Below, one piece after another: positions 30,747-39,151 of a stretch of DNA of 64,000 nucleotides. How positions within the stretch are numbered: the first letter of the stretch is position 1; each line of letters begins with the position of its first letter. The DNA is from an uncultured Nostocoides sp. (lineage in GTDB: Bacteria; Actinomycetota; Actinomycetes; Actinomycetales; Dermatophilaceae). Under the pieces are notes generated by a model, which had not been told where the DNA came from, made no database searches, and worked only from the letters and a program-made list of their open reading frames with translations. A program made the translations under genes and the position numbers. The stretch covers positions 10,448 through 74,447 of the forward strand of contig CALCXF010000017.1 of assembly GCA_937907685.1 (NCBI GenBank), given 5' to 3'.

Positions 30747-31751
30747 TCAGAAGAGGGCGCTCATCAATGCGGTGCGACCCTTGCGGACGCGCTCGTCCTG
30801 CGCGCCGACGACCGAGAAGAGCTCGAGGAGGTGGCTGCGGACCCGCTCCCGGTCCTCCCCGGTCGTCGTCCGCACGAGGTCGAGAAGCCGGGTGAAGGCG
30901 TCCTCGACGTGCCCCCCGAGGACATCGAGGTCCGCGACGGTGGTGGCCGCCTCCACGTCCCCCGGGTCGGCGGCAGCAGCGGCTCGGGCAGCAGCGAGGT
31001 CGACACCGGCCGTGCGCTGCATGAGCCGGACCTGGGCAAGCCCGAGCTCGGCGTCGTGGTCCTTGGGGTCGGCGGCGAGAGCCTTCTCGTAGGCCGCCGT
31101 GGCTGCGGCGAGGTCGCCGCGCTCGATGGCGTCGAACGCCTCCTGGTGGAGCGGCGGCAGCTCGTCCGACTCCTCGCCACCGTCGACGTCACCGAGGTCG
31201 ACCCGTCCGGTGATCCCGTTCTGCACGGCGGCCTGGAGCAGCTGCTCGAGGACGGCTCGCACCTCGGACTCCGGCTGGACGCCGGGGAAGAGCGGGACCG
31301 GCTGGCCCTGGAGCAACCCGAACGTCGCCGGAACCGAGGGCTGGCCGAACGCCTGCACGAGCAGCGGCTGGAAGGCCTGGAGCAGCTCCGGCGAGGCCGA
31401 CAGGTCGGCGGTGAGGACCAGCACGCGTCCACCGAGGGTCGCGGCGACCCTGGTGACGGTGTCGACGAGCTCGCGGGTCTGCGGATGGGCGGAGGACCAG
31501 AGGACGAGCACGCCGGCGACCTGGAGGGTGCGGGCCAGCGCCTCCTGGAACGTGTCGGCGTCGACCTCGACGACCAGACCTCGGGGAACGTTCGGCACGC
31601 TCGGCTGGGCCGAGGCGGTCGGCCCCGGGGCCGGACCGACCGGCATCCCGCCGCCGGCGCCTGCTGGGTCGGACGTCGTCGTACCGGCGACGGCGGACAG
31701 GTCGACGGCGCCGCGGGTGCCCGCGGGCGGGGTGGTCTCGCTCATGGTCAC
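30747..31751 (-). CDS. thioredoxin-fold/TPR co-chaperone YbbN-like protein
   Basis: 334 aa. It has a Pro/Gly/Ala-rich N-terminus, a thioredoxin-like middle without an obvious CxxC (VLVLWSSAHPQTRELV), and a C-terminal TPR-like part (AIERGDLAAATAAYEKALAADPKDHDA). The stop lies 3 nt upstream of the esterase GTG. Confidence 0.7.
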   Translation of the reverse strand: MTMSETTPPAGTRGAVDLSAVAGTTTSDPAGAGGGMPVGPAPGPTASAQPSVPNVPRGLVVEVDADTFQEALARTLQVAGVLVLWSSAHPQTRELVDTVTRVAATLGGRVLVLTADLSASPELLQAFQPLLVQAFGQPSVPATFGLLQGQPVPLFPGVQPESEVRAVLEQLLQAAVQNGITGRVDLGDVDGGEESDELPPLHQEAFDAIERGDLAAATAAYEKALAADPKDHDAELGLAQVRLMQRTAGVDLAAARAAAAADPGDVEAATTVADLDVLGGHVEDAFTRLLDLVRTTTGEDRERVRSHLLELFSVVGAQDERVRKGRTALMSALF

Positions 31752-31781
31752 GATTCTGTCAAAGGGTGGGCGGGTGCGATG

Positions 31782-32783
31782 TCACTGGCCCTTGCCGGAC
31801 ACGAGCAGCTCGGTGGCGCCGATGACCTCGGCCTTGCCGGTGGGGGGCACGACCATGACGAAGGGCTGGAGGTTCTGCAGCGTGAGGGTCTTGGTGACCT
31901 TCTTCTTGCCGGTGACCTTCGCATACTCGGCCGGCAGGACGAGCTCCTTGGCCGTGGGCTTGACGGCGATCGTGTCGGTGCGCCGAAGGAGACCGAAGGT
32001 CACGGCACCGCCGTCGGCGAGCCGGAACGTCACGGCGTTCTCCAGCAGTGGGGCATGGACCTGGGTCAGGGTGCCGAGCTTGCCGAGGGCCTTGGTCTGA
32101 GCGGCTGCCGTGGTGCGCAGGCCGGTCGCGAAGGGGTCGTCGACGGCGACGGCTTCGGTGGCCTTGGGCTTCGGGTGTGCCAGCGCGGCGGCGTACGCCG
32201 CCACTGCAGCCGCAGGCGCGAGGGCCAGACCCTCCTTGGTCGCCGTGTCGAGGAGAGGCGCCCCGTTGGTCGAGTCCCCCAGCGCCGGGAGCTCGGCACC
32301 ACCGAACATCGGCACGCTCGCGGTGATCCGGAAGGGCTCCTCGGGCTTCCGCGACATCAGGACGTGGAGGAACTGCGTGTTGGTGTCCTCCTCGAGCGTG
32401 GCGGCGAGGATCGCGCGCGGCCAGGCCCGCCCGGCCGACTGCGCCACGACGGTCGGTGCCTTCGGGGCCGCCAGCTCGGTGGTCGCCACCGCCTTGGGAG
32501 CGCGCGCGGCCTGCGCGTTGGCGACGGTGAGTGCGTCACCGGCAAGCACCTGCGCCCGGGCCTTCGCCGCCGCCTTGGCATCACCGTCGACAGGGGCCTC
32601 TGCTGCCGCGACCAGGCGGGCCGCGATCGCCGCCGCGCCCTCAGGGTCGAGCGGCGCGGACTCGGTTCGCTCGGGGGGCGCCGCCTTGATGCCGACGAGG
32701 GCGTCCTGGGCGTCCTGGGCTCCGCAGCCGGTGAGCAGCAGCGCACCGGCCAGACCGGTAGCGAGGAGCCTCCGCGTGGTCAT
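31782..32783 (-). CDS. hypothetical lipoprotein
   Basis: MTTRRLLATGLAGALLLTGCGAQD is a signal peptide with a lipobox (LTGC). Alternative start ATG 32849 overlaps the upstream stop (ATGA). Ala-rich protein; no family recognised. Confidence 0.65.
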   Translation of the reverse strand: MTTRRLLATGLAGALLLTGCGAQDAQDALVGIKAAPPERTESAPLDPEGAAAIAARLVAAAEAPVDGDAKAAAKARAQVLAGDALTVANAQAARAPKAVATTELAAPKAPTVVAQSAGRAWPRAILAATLEEDTNTQFLHVLMSRKPEEPFRITASVPMFGGAELPALGDSTNGAPLLDTATKEGLALAPAAAVAAYAAALAHPKPKATEAVAVDDPFATGLRTTAAAQTKALGKLGTLTQVHAPLLENAVTFRLADGGAVTFGLLRRTDTIAVKPTAKELVLPAEYAKVTGKKKVTKTLTLQNLQPFVMVVPPTGKAEVIGATELLVSGKGQ

Positions 32784-32845
32784 CCCGCCAGGCGTCTGGC
32801 GGTGGCGGGGGCCTCCGGAAGGAGTGAGGTGGGCGCAACGGTCGC

Positions 32846-33568
32846 TCATCGGGCGACCTCCTCGGCGTCGCGTGTGCCGCCGCGGGCACCATGGCGTCCG
32901 GGCGTCGCGGTGCGGGCCTCGCCGATCTCAGCCGGCGACGACGTCTCCGGCTCCTCGGCCTGACCCGTCCCGTCCGGGCGGCGTCGCGAGAAGAGCAGGG
33001 TCACTCCGGCGACGAGGAGGAACAGGCCGACGAGCGCCGCGATGACGGCCTCGACGAACCACGTCTTGTTCGTGACGGACAGGCTGAGCGAGCGCAGCGG
33101 CGAACCGTCGGCGAGGACGACGAGGGTCTCCGGAGCACTCGCCTGACGCACGGTGAGCGTGACGGGGCCCTCCTCGTCCTCCTGGAGCCGCCAGAGGTCC
33201 GCCGCCCCCAGCTCGGCGACCTCGCCACTCCCCCGCACACTCGTCCGCAGTGCCCAGTCCTGGACGTCGACACCCGTGACGTCCACGTGGCGGCCCCCGC
33301 CCATCACGGCCGAGGCGTCGGAGGGGTTCGCGAGCGCCATCCAGACCGAGCCCCCCTCGGCGGGCGTGGCGGTGACGACGACGTCCGCATCGACTCGGTT
33401 GAGCACGTCGGGGCGGATGATCACGGGGTCGTCGGTGTCGGGTCTCGCCGAGAACTCGGCGGTCCCGGAGGTCCCCAGCTGGGTCGCGAACCAGACGCCG
33501 ACCGCGGTGAGCGCAAGGCCCAGCAGGGCCAGCAGCGCTCCCGCGACGCGCGTGACGATGGTGAGCAT
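32846..33568 (-). CDS. hypothetical membrane protein (N- and C-terminal TM helices flanking an extracytoplasmic domain)
   Basis: 240 aa. Hydrophobic spans: MLTIVTRVAGALLALLGLALTAVGVWFATQL and WFVEAVIAALVGLFLLVAGVTLLF. It is the first gene of a co-directional cluster. Confidence 0.6.
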   Translation of the reverse strand: MLTIVTRVAGALLALLGLALTAVGVWFATQLGTSGTAEFSARPDTDDPVIIRPDVLNRVDADVVVTATPAEGGSVWMALANPSDASAVMGGGRHVDVTGVDVQDWALRTSVRGSGEVAELGAADLWRLQEDEEGPVTLTVRQASAPETLVVLADGSPLRSLSLSVTNKTWFVEAVIAALVGLFLLVAGVTLLFSRRRPDGTGQAEEPETSSPAEIGEARTATPGRHGARGGTRDAEEVAR

Positions 33569-33673
33569 GGGGTGGTGTCCTTCGGGTTCCGGAGCGTCCG
33601 GGCGTGGGCTCCCGGCTCGGGAGTGGCCTTACACCATGACAAACGCGCGCGGCACCGGCCAAATCCCATGATG

Positions 33674-33703
33674 CACCCGGCGTGACGCACGACACGCCGG
33701 GTG
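33674..33703 (-). terminator. GC-rich hairpin immediately downstream of the MarR gene stop
   Basis: CACCCGGCGTG (33674-33684), 8-nt loop, CACGCCGGGTG (33693-33703): a perfect 11-bp stem. On the minus strand it is followed by GCAUCAUGGGAUUUGG, which is only a weak U-tract. Confidence 0.35.
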
Positions 33704-33705
33704 GA

Positions 33706-34230
33706 TCAGGCGTCGAAGTCGCGGGCCCCGATCCGAACCGCGCGCAGCAGGGCGAAGAGCGTGGCGTGCTGCTCCTCGTCGAGCATCCCCAGGCCGAACT
33801 CCACCGCTTCGAGGTCCGCGGTCACGAGCTCCATGGCGTCCCGACCGGCCTCCGTGATGACGGCGAAGGCCCCTCGCCGGTCCTCGGGGTTCGGCACCCG
33901 TTCGACGAGACCCTGCGCCGCGAGCCGCTGGACGATGTTCGTCGCACTCGTCGGGTGCACCATGAGCCGCTCCCCGATACGCGACATCGAGAGGCGGCCC
34001 GCGCGGCTGAAGGCCAGGAGGACGAGCGCCTCGTAGCGGGCGAAGGTGAGACCGTGCCGGCCGGCGATGGCGTCGAAGCGCGCGAGGAGCAGCTGCTGCA
34101 CGCGCATGATCGACGTGGCGCTGGCCATGGCCACCGAGCGCGAGTCGTCTCCCCACCGGGCTCGCCACAGCTCCTCGGCCCGCGCGATCGGGTCGAACGG
34201 CAGGCGCACGGGCTGGCTCACAGCGAGCAC
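33706..34230 (-). CDS. MarR family transcriptional regulator
   Basis: ORF 33706..34320 trimmed to GTG 34230 (GTG 34221 is also possible). The winged-helix region is LTFARYEALVLLAFSRAGRLSMSRIGERLMVHPTSATNIVQRLAAQGLVERVPNPEDRR. Confidence 0.8.
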   Translation of the reverse strand: MLAVSQPVRLPFDPIARAEELWRARWGDDSRSVAMASATSIMRVQQLLLARFDAIAGRHGLTFARYEALVLLAFSRAGRLSMSRIGERLMVHPTSATNIVQRLAAQGLVERVPNPEDRRGAFAVITEAGRDAMELVTADLEAVEFGLGMLDEEQHATLFALLRAVRIGARDFDA

Positions 34231-34349
34231 GCTAGTGGAGCGTCGGAAGGACGGGGGACCACCCGAGTCCCGCCCCGGCAGGACCACCTGTCGGTCTTGT
34301 CCCTCGGATGCATTGCGCAAGCGCTCTCGCGGTCCCTAGCGTTCACCGC

Positions 34350-35090
34350 ATGAGCGGCTCCAACACCGTGGCGTGGCGGGATCACGACGCGGTCCTCTTC
34401 GACCTCGATGGTGTGCTCACGCCGACGGCCGAGGTCCACATGCGCGCCTGGGCGGAGATGTTCGGCGCCTTCCTCGCGGAGTGGGACGACCCCACCGCGG
34501 ACACCTCGCCGTACTCCGACGCCGACTACTTCGCCCACGTGGACGGCAAGCCGCGCTACGACGGCGTCCGGGACTTCCTCGCGTCCCGCGGCATCCGACT
34601 GCCCGAGGGCGACCAGAGCGACCCTCCGGACGCCCGCTCCGTGTGCGGACTCGGCAACCGCAAGAACGACGCCTTCAACGTGGTTCTCGCCCGCGACGGC
34701 GTCGAGCCCTACCCGGGTTCGGTCGAGCTCCTCGACCTCCTGCGCGAGCAGGGGATGCCGCTCGCCGTGGTCTCGTCGTCGGTGAACGCCCCTGCCGTGC
34801 TCGAGGCGGCCGGGTTGGCCGGACGCTTCGTCACCGTCGTCGACGGCCGGGTGGCCACCTCGCTCCGGCTCGCGGGGAAGCCGGCACCGGACACCTTCGT
34901 CCACGCCGCGAAGGAGTGCGGCACGACGCCCGCGCGCTCGGCGGTCGTCGAGGACGCCGTCTCCGGTGTGCGAGCGGGCGCCGCGGGTGGCTTCGGCCTC
35001 GTCATCGGCGTCGACCGTGGGGCGGGCGCCGACGTCCTCACCGCCGCAGGGGCGCACGTCGTCGTCACAGACCTCCGGGAGCTCGCGTGA
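34350..35090 (+). CDS. beta-phosphoglucomutase-family HAD hydrolase
   Basis: ATG 34350 (MSGSNTVAWRDHDAVLFDLDGVLTPT, the HAD motif I DxDG). Also GKPAPDTF and VEDAVSGVRAGAAGG. Co-transcribed with a GH65 phosphorylase, which is the usual pairing. Confidence 0.85.
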   Translation: MSGSNTVAWRDHDAVLFDLDGVLTPTAEVHMRAWAEMFGAFLAEWDDPTADTSPYSDADYFAHVDGKPRYDGVRDFLASRGIRLPEGDQSDPPDARSVCGLGNRKNDAFNVVLARDGVEPYPGSVELLDLLREQGMPLAVVSSSVNAPAVLEAAGLAGRFVTVVDGRVATSLRLAGKPAPDTFVHAAKECGTTPARSAVVEDAVSGVRAGAAGGFGLVIGVDRGAGADVLTAAGAHVVVTDLRELA

Positions 35091-37657
35091 GCGACGGGCG
35101 GATCCCCCTCGACCCACTCGACCGCAGCCGGTTCCCCGTGGATCCGTGGCGACTCGTCGAGTGTGATCCCGAGCGCAGCGACCTCGGCGTGACCGAGACC
35201 CTCTTCACGGTGGCCAACGGCTACATCGGGATGCGGGGGAACCCCGAGGAGGGGCGACACGCCTTCGAGCACGGCACCTACGTCAACGGGTTCCACGAGA
35301 CCTGGCCGATCCGCCATGCCGAGTCGGCCTACGGCTTCGCGCGCACGGGGCAGACCATCGTCAACGCGCCGGACGCCAAGCTCATCAAGCTGTACGTCGA
35401 CGACGAGCCCCTCGTCATCGGCACCGCCGACCTGGAGTTCTACGAGCGCAGCCTCGACTTCCGTGACGGTGTGCTCCGGCGCTCGGTGATCTGGCGCACC
35501 CCCTCCGCCAAGCTCGTGCGGGTCGACACCACCCGGATGGCGTCGATGACCCAGCGACACCTCGTCGTGCTGACCCTGGAGGTGACGATGCTCTCGGGCG
35601 ACGCCCCGGTGGTCGTCTCGTCACAGCTGCTCAACCGGCAGGACAGTGAGGACGAGTACCACGTCCAGACGGACACCAAGGGCGTGCACGCGGACCCGCG
35701 CAAGGCCGGGGCCTTCGAGGCCCGGGTGCTCCAGCCGCGGATCCACATGGCCAAGGACGACCGGATGATGCTCGGCTACCAGTGCGCGAACTCGAGGATG
35801 ACCCTCGTCGTCGCCGCCGACCACGTGCTGCGCACCCCTGACCCCTACGAGGTCGTGGTCGGCGCCGACCCCGACCTCACGAAGATGGTCTTCCGGGTGG
35901 ACGCGCGCGCCGGCAGCACCCTGCGCATCGAGAAGACCGTTGCGTACCACACCTCGCGCGGCCTGCCCGTCCGCGAGCTCTCGGACCGGTGCCGGCGCAC
36001 CCTCGACCGGGCCGCCCGGTACGACATCGACCACTGGCTCGCCGAGCAGCGCGCCTGGTACGACGAGTACTGGGCGGCGAGCGACGTGGAGTTCGTGTCC
36101 ACGGATGCCGCGCACGACGCGACCCAACAGGCCATCCGCTTCAACCTCTTCACGCTGGCCCAGGCCAGTGGTCGGGCCGACGGCCACGGTGTGGCGGCGA
36201 AGGGGGTGAGCGGCTCCGGGTACGAGGGCCACTACTTCTGGGACACCGAGGTCTACGTCACGCCGTTCCTCACCTACAACCGGCCCGATCTCGCGCGGAA
36301 CCTCATGCACTTCCGCAGCCGGATGCTGCCCGCGGCCCGGGAACGCGCCCGGGAGCTCAGCCAGCGCGGGGCGCTCTTCCCCTGGCGCACCATCAACGGC
36401 GAGGAGGCCTCCGCCTACTACGCAGCCGGCACCGCGCAGGTGCACATCGACGCGGACGTCGTGCACGCCCTCGTCCAGTACGTCAACGCCACGGGTGACG
36501 TCGGCTTCCTCGTGCGCGACGGGCTCCCCATCCTCGTCGAGACGGCCAGGCTCTACGCCGACCTCGGGTTCTGGCGGCACAACGGCGAGTGGTCGTTCCA
36601 CATCCACGGGGTCACCGGGCCCGACGAGTACACCACCGTGGTCAACAACAACCTCTTCACCAACGTCATGGCGAGGTACAACCTCGAGCAGGCCGTCGCC
36701 TGGGTGGAGTGGGCGCGCCGTCAGGAGCCCGAGCAGTTCGCCCGCATCGCCCAGCGGCTGCGCCTCTCGGACGGCGAGCTGAGGGAGTGGGCCGCGTGCG
36801 CCGCCGGCATGCACATCCCCTTCGACGAGGGCCTGGGGATCCATCCGCAGGACGACTTCTTCCTCGACCGGGAGGTGTGGGACCTGAGCCGGACGCCGGA
36901 TGAGCTCAAGCCCCTCCTGCTGCACTACCACCCGCTCGTCATCTACCGCTTCCAGGTGCTCAAGCAGGCGGATGTCGTGCTCGCCCTCTTCCTCCAGGGG
37001 CATCGCTTCACCGGCGAGGACAAGCGCAAGGACTTCGAGTACTACGACCCGATCACCACCGGTGACTCGACGCTGTCGGCGGTCGTGCAGTCGGTCATCG
37101 CAGCGGAGGTCGGCTACCACGAGGTGGCCTTCGAGTACTTCGTCGACGCGCTGTTCGTCGACCTGGCCGACCGCCACGGCAACACGGTCGACGGCCTGCA
37201 CGTGGCCTCCTCCGGCGGCGTGTGGTGCGTTCTCGTCAACGGGTTCGGGGGCATGCGCGACCACGCCGGCCGGCTGTCGTTCGACCCTCGGCTTCCCGAC
37301 GGTTGGGAGTCGCTCACCTTCCGGGTCACCTGGCGCGGCACGAGGGTGCGCGCGACGTTGACGCCGACGGACCTCACCCTGGAGACGGAGGCCGGCGACC
37401 TCCCGGTGCCCGTCGACGTCCGCGGGAAGACGTACGCCGTCGACGAGCGCGAGCCGGTCGTCATCCCGCTGGACGGCCATGGGCCGCGGATATCCGGAAC
37501 GCTCGGCAAGCGTCCGCAGACGGGTGGGACCCGGGCCGACGGGAGCCGCATCACGGCCGGAGTCCCGTCGGCCATCCCGCTCGAGGGTGAGGAGCTGGCG
37601 GAGCCGACCGGCCTCGATCCGGCGGTCGCCGAACCGACCGCCGTCGGGCCGGACTGA
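35087..37657 (+). CDS. glycoside hydrolase family 65 disaccharide phosphorylase (trehalose/maltose/kojibiose type)
   Basis: ORF 34373..37657 trimmed to GTG 35087, which overlaps the upstream stop (GTGA). Motifs: TETLFTVANGYIGMRGNPEEG, GSGYEGHYFWDTEVY, FPWRTINGEE. It has a low-complexity C-terminal tail of about 70 aa. Confidence 0.88.
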   Translation: MSDGRIPLDPLDRSRFPVDPWRLVECDPERSDLGVTETLFTVANGYIGMRGNPEEGRHAFEHGTYVNGFHETWPIRHAESAYGFARTGQTIVNAPDAKLIKLYVDDEPLVIGTADLEFYERSLDFRDGVLRRSVIWRTPSAKLVRVDTTRMASMTQRHLVVLTLEVTMLSGDAPVVVSSQLLNRQDSEDEYHVQTDTKGVHADPRKAGAFEARVLQPRIHMAKDDRMMLGYQCANSRMTLVVAADHVLRTPDPYEVVVGADPDLTKMVFRVDARAGSTLRIEKTVAYHTSRGLPVRELSDRCRRTLDRAARYDIDHWLAEQRAWYDEYWAASDVEFVSTDAAHDATQQAIRFNLFTLAQASGRADGHGVAAKGVSGSGYEGHYFWDTEVYVTPFLTYNRPDLARNLMHFRSRMLPAARERARELSQRGALFPWRTINGEEASAYYAAGTAQVHIDADVVHALVQYVNATGDVGFLVRDGLPILVETARLYADLGFWRHNGEWSFHIHGVTGPDEYTTVVNNNLFTNVMARYNLEQAVAWVEWARRQEPEQFARIAQRLRLSDGELREWAACAAGMHIPFDEGLGIHPQDDFFLDREVWDLSRTPDELKPLLLHYHPLVIYRFQVLKQADVVLALFLQGHRFTGEDKRKDFEYYDPITTGDSTLSAVVQSVIAAEVGYHEVAFEYFVDALFVDLADRHGNTVDGLHVASSGGVWCVLVNGFGGMRDHAGRLSFDPRLPDGWESLTFRVTWRGTRVRATLTPTDLTLETEAGDLPVPVDVRGKTYAVDEREPVVIPLDGHGPRISGTLGKRPQTGGTRADGSRITAGVPSAIPLEGEELAEPTGLDPAVAEPTAVGPD

Positions 37658-37666
37658 CTGCCGACG

Positions 37667-38317
37667 TCAGCCGGGCACGAGCTCACCGTCGTCGAGGTGC
37701 AGCACCTGGTCTGCCGCCTCCGCCGCCTCGGGGTCGTGGGTGGTCATGACCACCGCAGCACCCGCCTCGGCCCTCGCCCGCAGGAGGGTCAGGACGACCG
37801 CCCGGCTGGCGTGGTCCAGCTCGGACGTGGGCTCGTCGGCCAGGAGCACCGGGCTGGCCAGCGCCAGACCACGTGCCACGGCGACTCGCTGCTGCTGACC
37901 ACCGCTCAGCTCCTCGACGAGGTGACCGTGGATCTCGCCGAGGCCCACGGCGTCGAGTGCCTCCGCCGCCCGCGCCGCCGCCGCACCGGGCTCGACCGCT
38001 CGAGCGAGCAGTGGCATGAGCACGTTCTCGTAGGCGCTCAGCACGGCCGCCAGGCCGTTGCCCTGCGGCACCACCGCGACCCCCGCAGAGGATGCCGACC
38101 GGAGACCGTCGATCGGTTGGCCACGAACCGTGATGCTTCCGGCGTCCGGCAGCACGATGCCTGCCACCGCCGACAGCAGCGTCGTCTTGCCCGCGCCCGA
38201 GTGACCGACCACCGCGACGACCTCACCGGTCCTCGCGTGCAGGTCGATGCCGGCCAGGGCCGTCACGGACCCGAAGCGCACGACCACTCCCTCCACGTCC
38301 ACAGCGCGCTCAGGCAC
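37667..38317 (-). CDS. ABC transporter ATP-binding protein (canonical motifs)
   Basis: ORF 37667..38794 trimmed to GTG 38315-38317, an 8-nt overlap with the upstream ATPase. Walker A GHSGAGKTT, signature LSGGQQQRVAVARGL, Walker B VLLADEPTSELD, H-loop TTHD. Confidence 0.88.
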   Translation of the reverse strand: MPERAVDVEGVVVRFGSVTALAGIDLHARTGEVVAVVGHSGAGKTTLLSAVAGIVLPDAGSITVRGQPIDGLRSASSAGVAVVPQGNGLAAVLSAYENVLMPLLARAVEPGAAAARAAEALDAVGLGEIHGHLVEELSGGQQQRVAVARGLALASPVLLADEPTSELDHASRAVVLTLLRARAEAGAAVVMTTHDPEAAEAADQVLHLDDGELVPG

Positions 38318-39143
38318 CGGCGTCCTCCTCCTCCGGGAGGAGCACCCAGCGACCGTCCTCCGCGTGCACGCGCAGCAACGAGCCGGGAGGAAGCGCCGCC
38401 AGCGCGTGCGGCGGAAGGGGCACCGAGCCGTCGGCCGAGACGACCGCGAACTCCTCACCGGCCCGCCCCTCGGCGCCGACCCGGCCGTCACGGATCGTGA
38501 TCGTGCGCGGCATCCGCGCGGCGACCTCGGCGTCGTGCGTGACGAGGACGACCGTGGTTCCCCAGACGGCGTTGACGTGAGCGAGCGCGCCGAGCACGAC
38601 GTCCCTCGCGTCGTGGTCGAGCTGGCTCGTCGGCTCGTCCGCCAGGAGGAGCCCCGGCCGACAGGACACCGCCACCGCGACGGCCGCCAGCTGCAGCTCG
38701 CCCGGGGTGAGCCGGCTGAGGGGCGCGTCGACGGACTCCAGAGGCATGCCGACGAGCGCGAGGACCTCCGCGGCGGCGGGCAGCTCCCGGTCACGCCCCT
38801 TGGCGGCTGCCTGGGCGAAGGTCACGTTCTCCCGGGGCGTGAGGTAGGGCAGGAGGTTGCGTGCCGCACCCTGGAGCACCATGCCGATCTCAGTCCCGCG
38901 CAGGAGGTCGAGGTCGGCCTCGGTCATCCGCGCGAGATCATGCTCGCCGACGTGGACGCGCCCCGCGCTGGGTCGAAGGAGGCCGCCGAAGAGGGTGAGC
39001 AGCGTGGACTTTCCGGCGCCGGAGGGACCGAGCAGCGCCAGCCGCTCCCCGGGTGCGACGACGAGGTCGATGCCCGACAGGGCGGCGACGTCGTGGCCCT
39101 CGGCCCGGTAGATGTGGACCAGGCCACGCGTCACGACGCGCAT
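38310..39143 (-). CDS. ABC transporter ATP-binding protein with degenerate signature motif and C-terminal extension
   Basis: ORF 38310..39362 trimmed to ATG 39141-39143 (MRVVTRGLVHIY). Walker A GPSGAGKST and Walker B LLLADEPTSQLD are intact, but the signature reads LTPGELQLAAVAVAV instead of LSGGQQQR. It has an extra C-terminal tail of about 55 aa. Confidence 0.85.
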   Translation of the reverse strand: MRVVTRGLVHIYRAEGHDVAALSGIDLVVAPGERLALLGPSGAGKSTLLTLFGGLLRPSAGRVHVGEHDLARMTEADLDLLRGTEIGMVLQGAARNLLPYLTPRENVTFAQAAAKGRDRELPAAAEVLALVGMPLESVDAPLSRLTPGELQLAAVAVAVSCRPGLLLADEPTSQLDHDARDVVLGALAHVNAVWGTTVVLVTHDAEVAARMPRTITIRDGRVGAEGRAGEEFAVVSADGSVPLPPHALAALPPGSLLRVHAEDGRWVLLPEEEDAGA

Positions 39144-39151
39144 GCCCGCGC

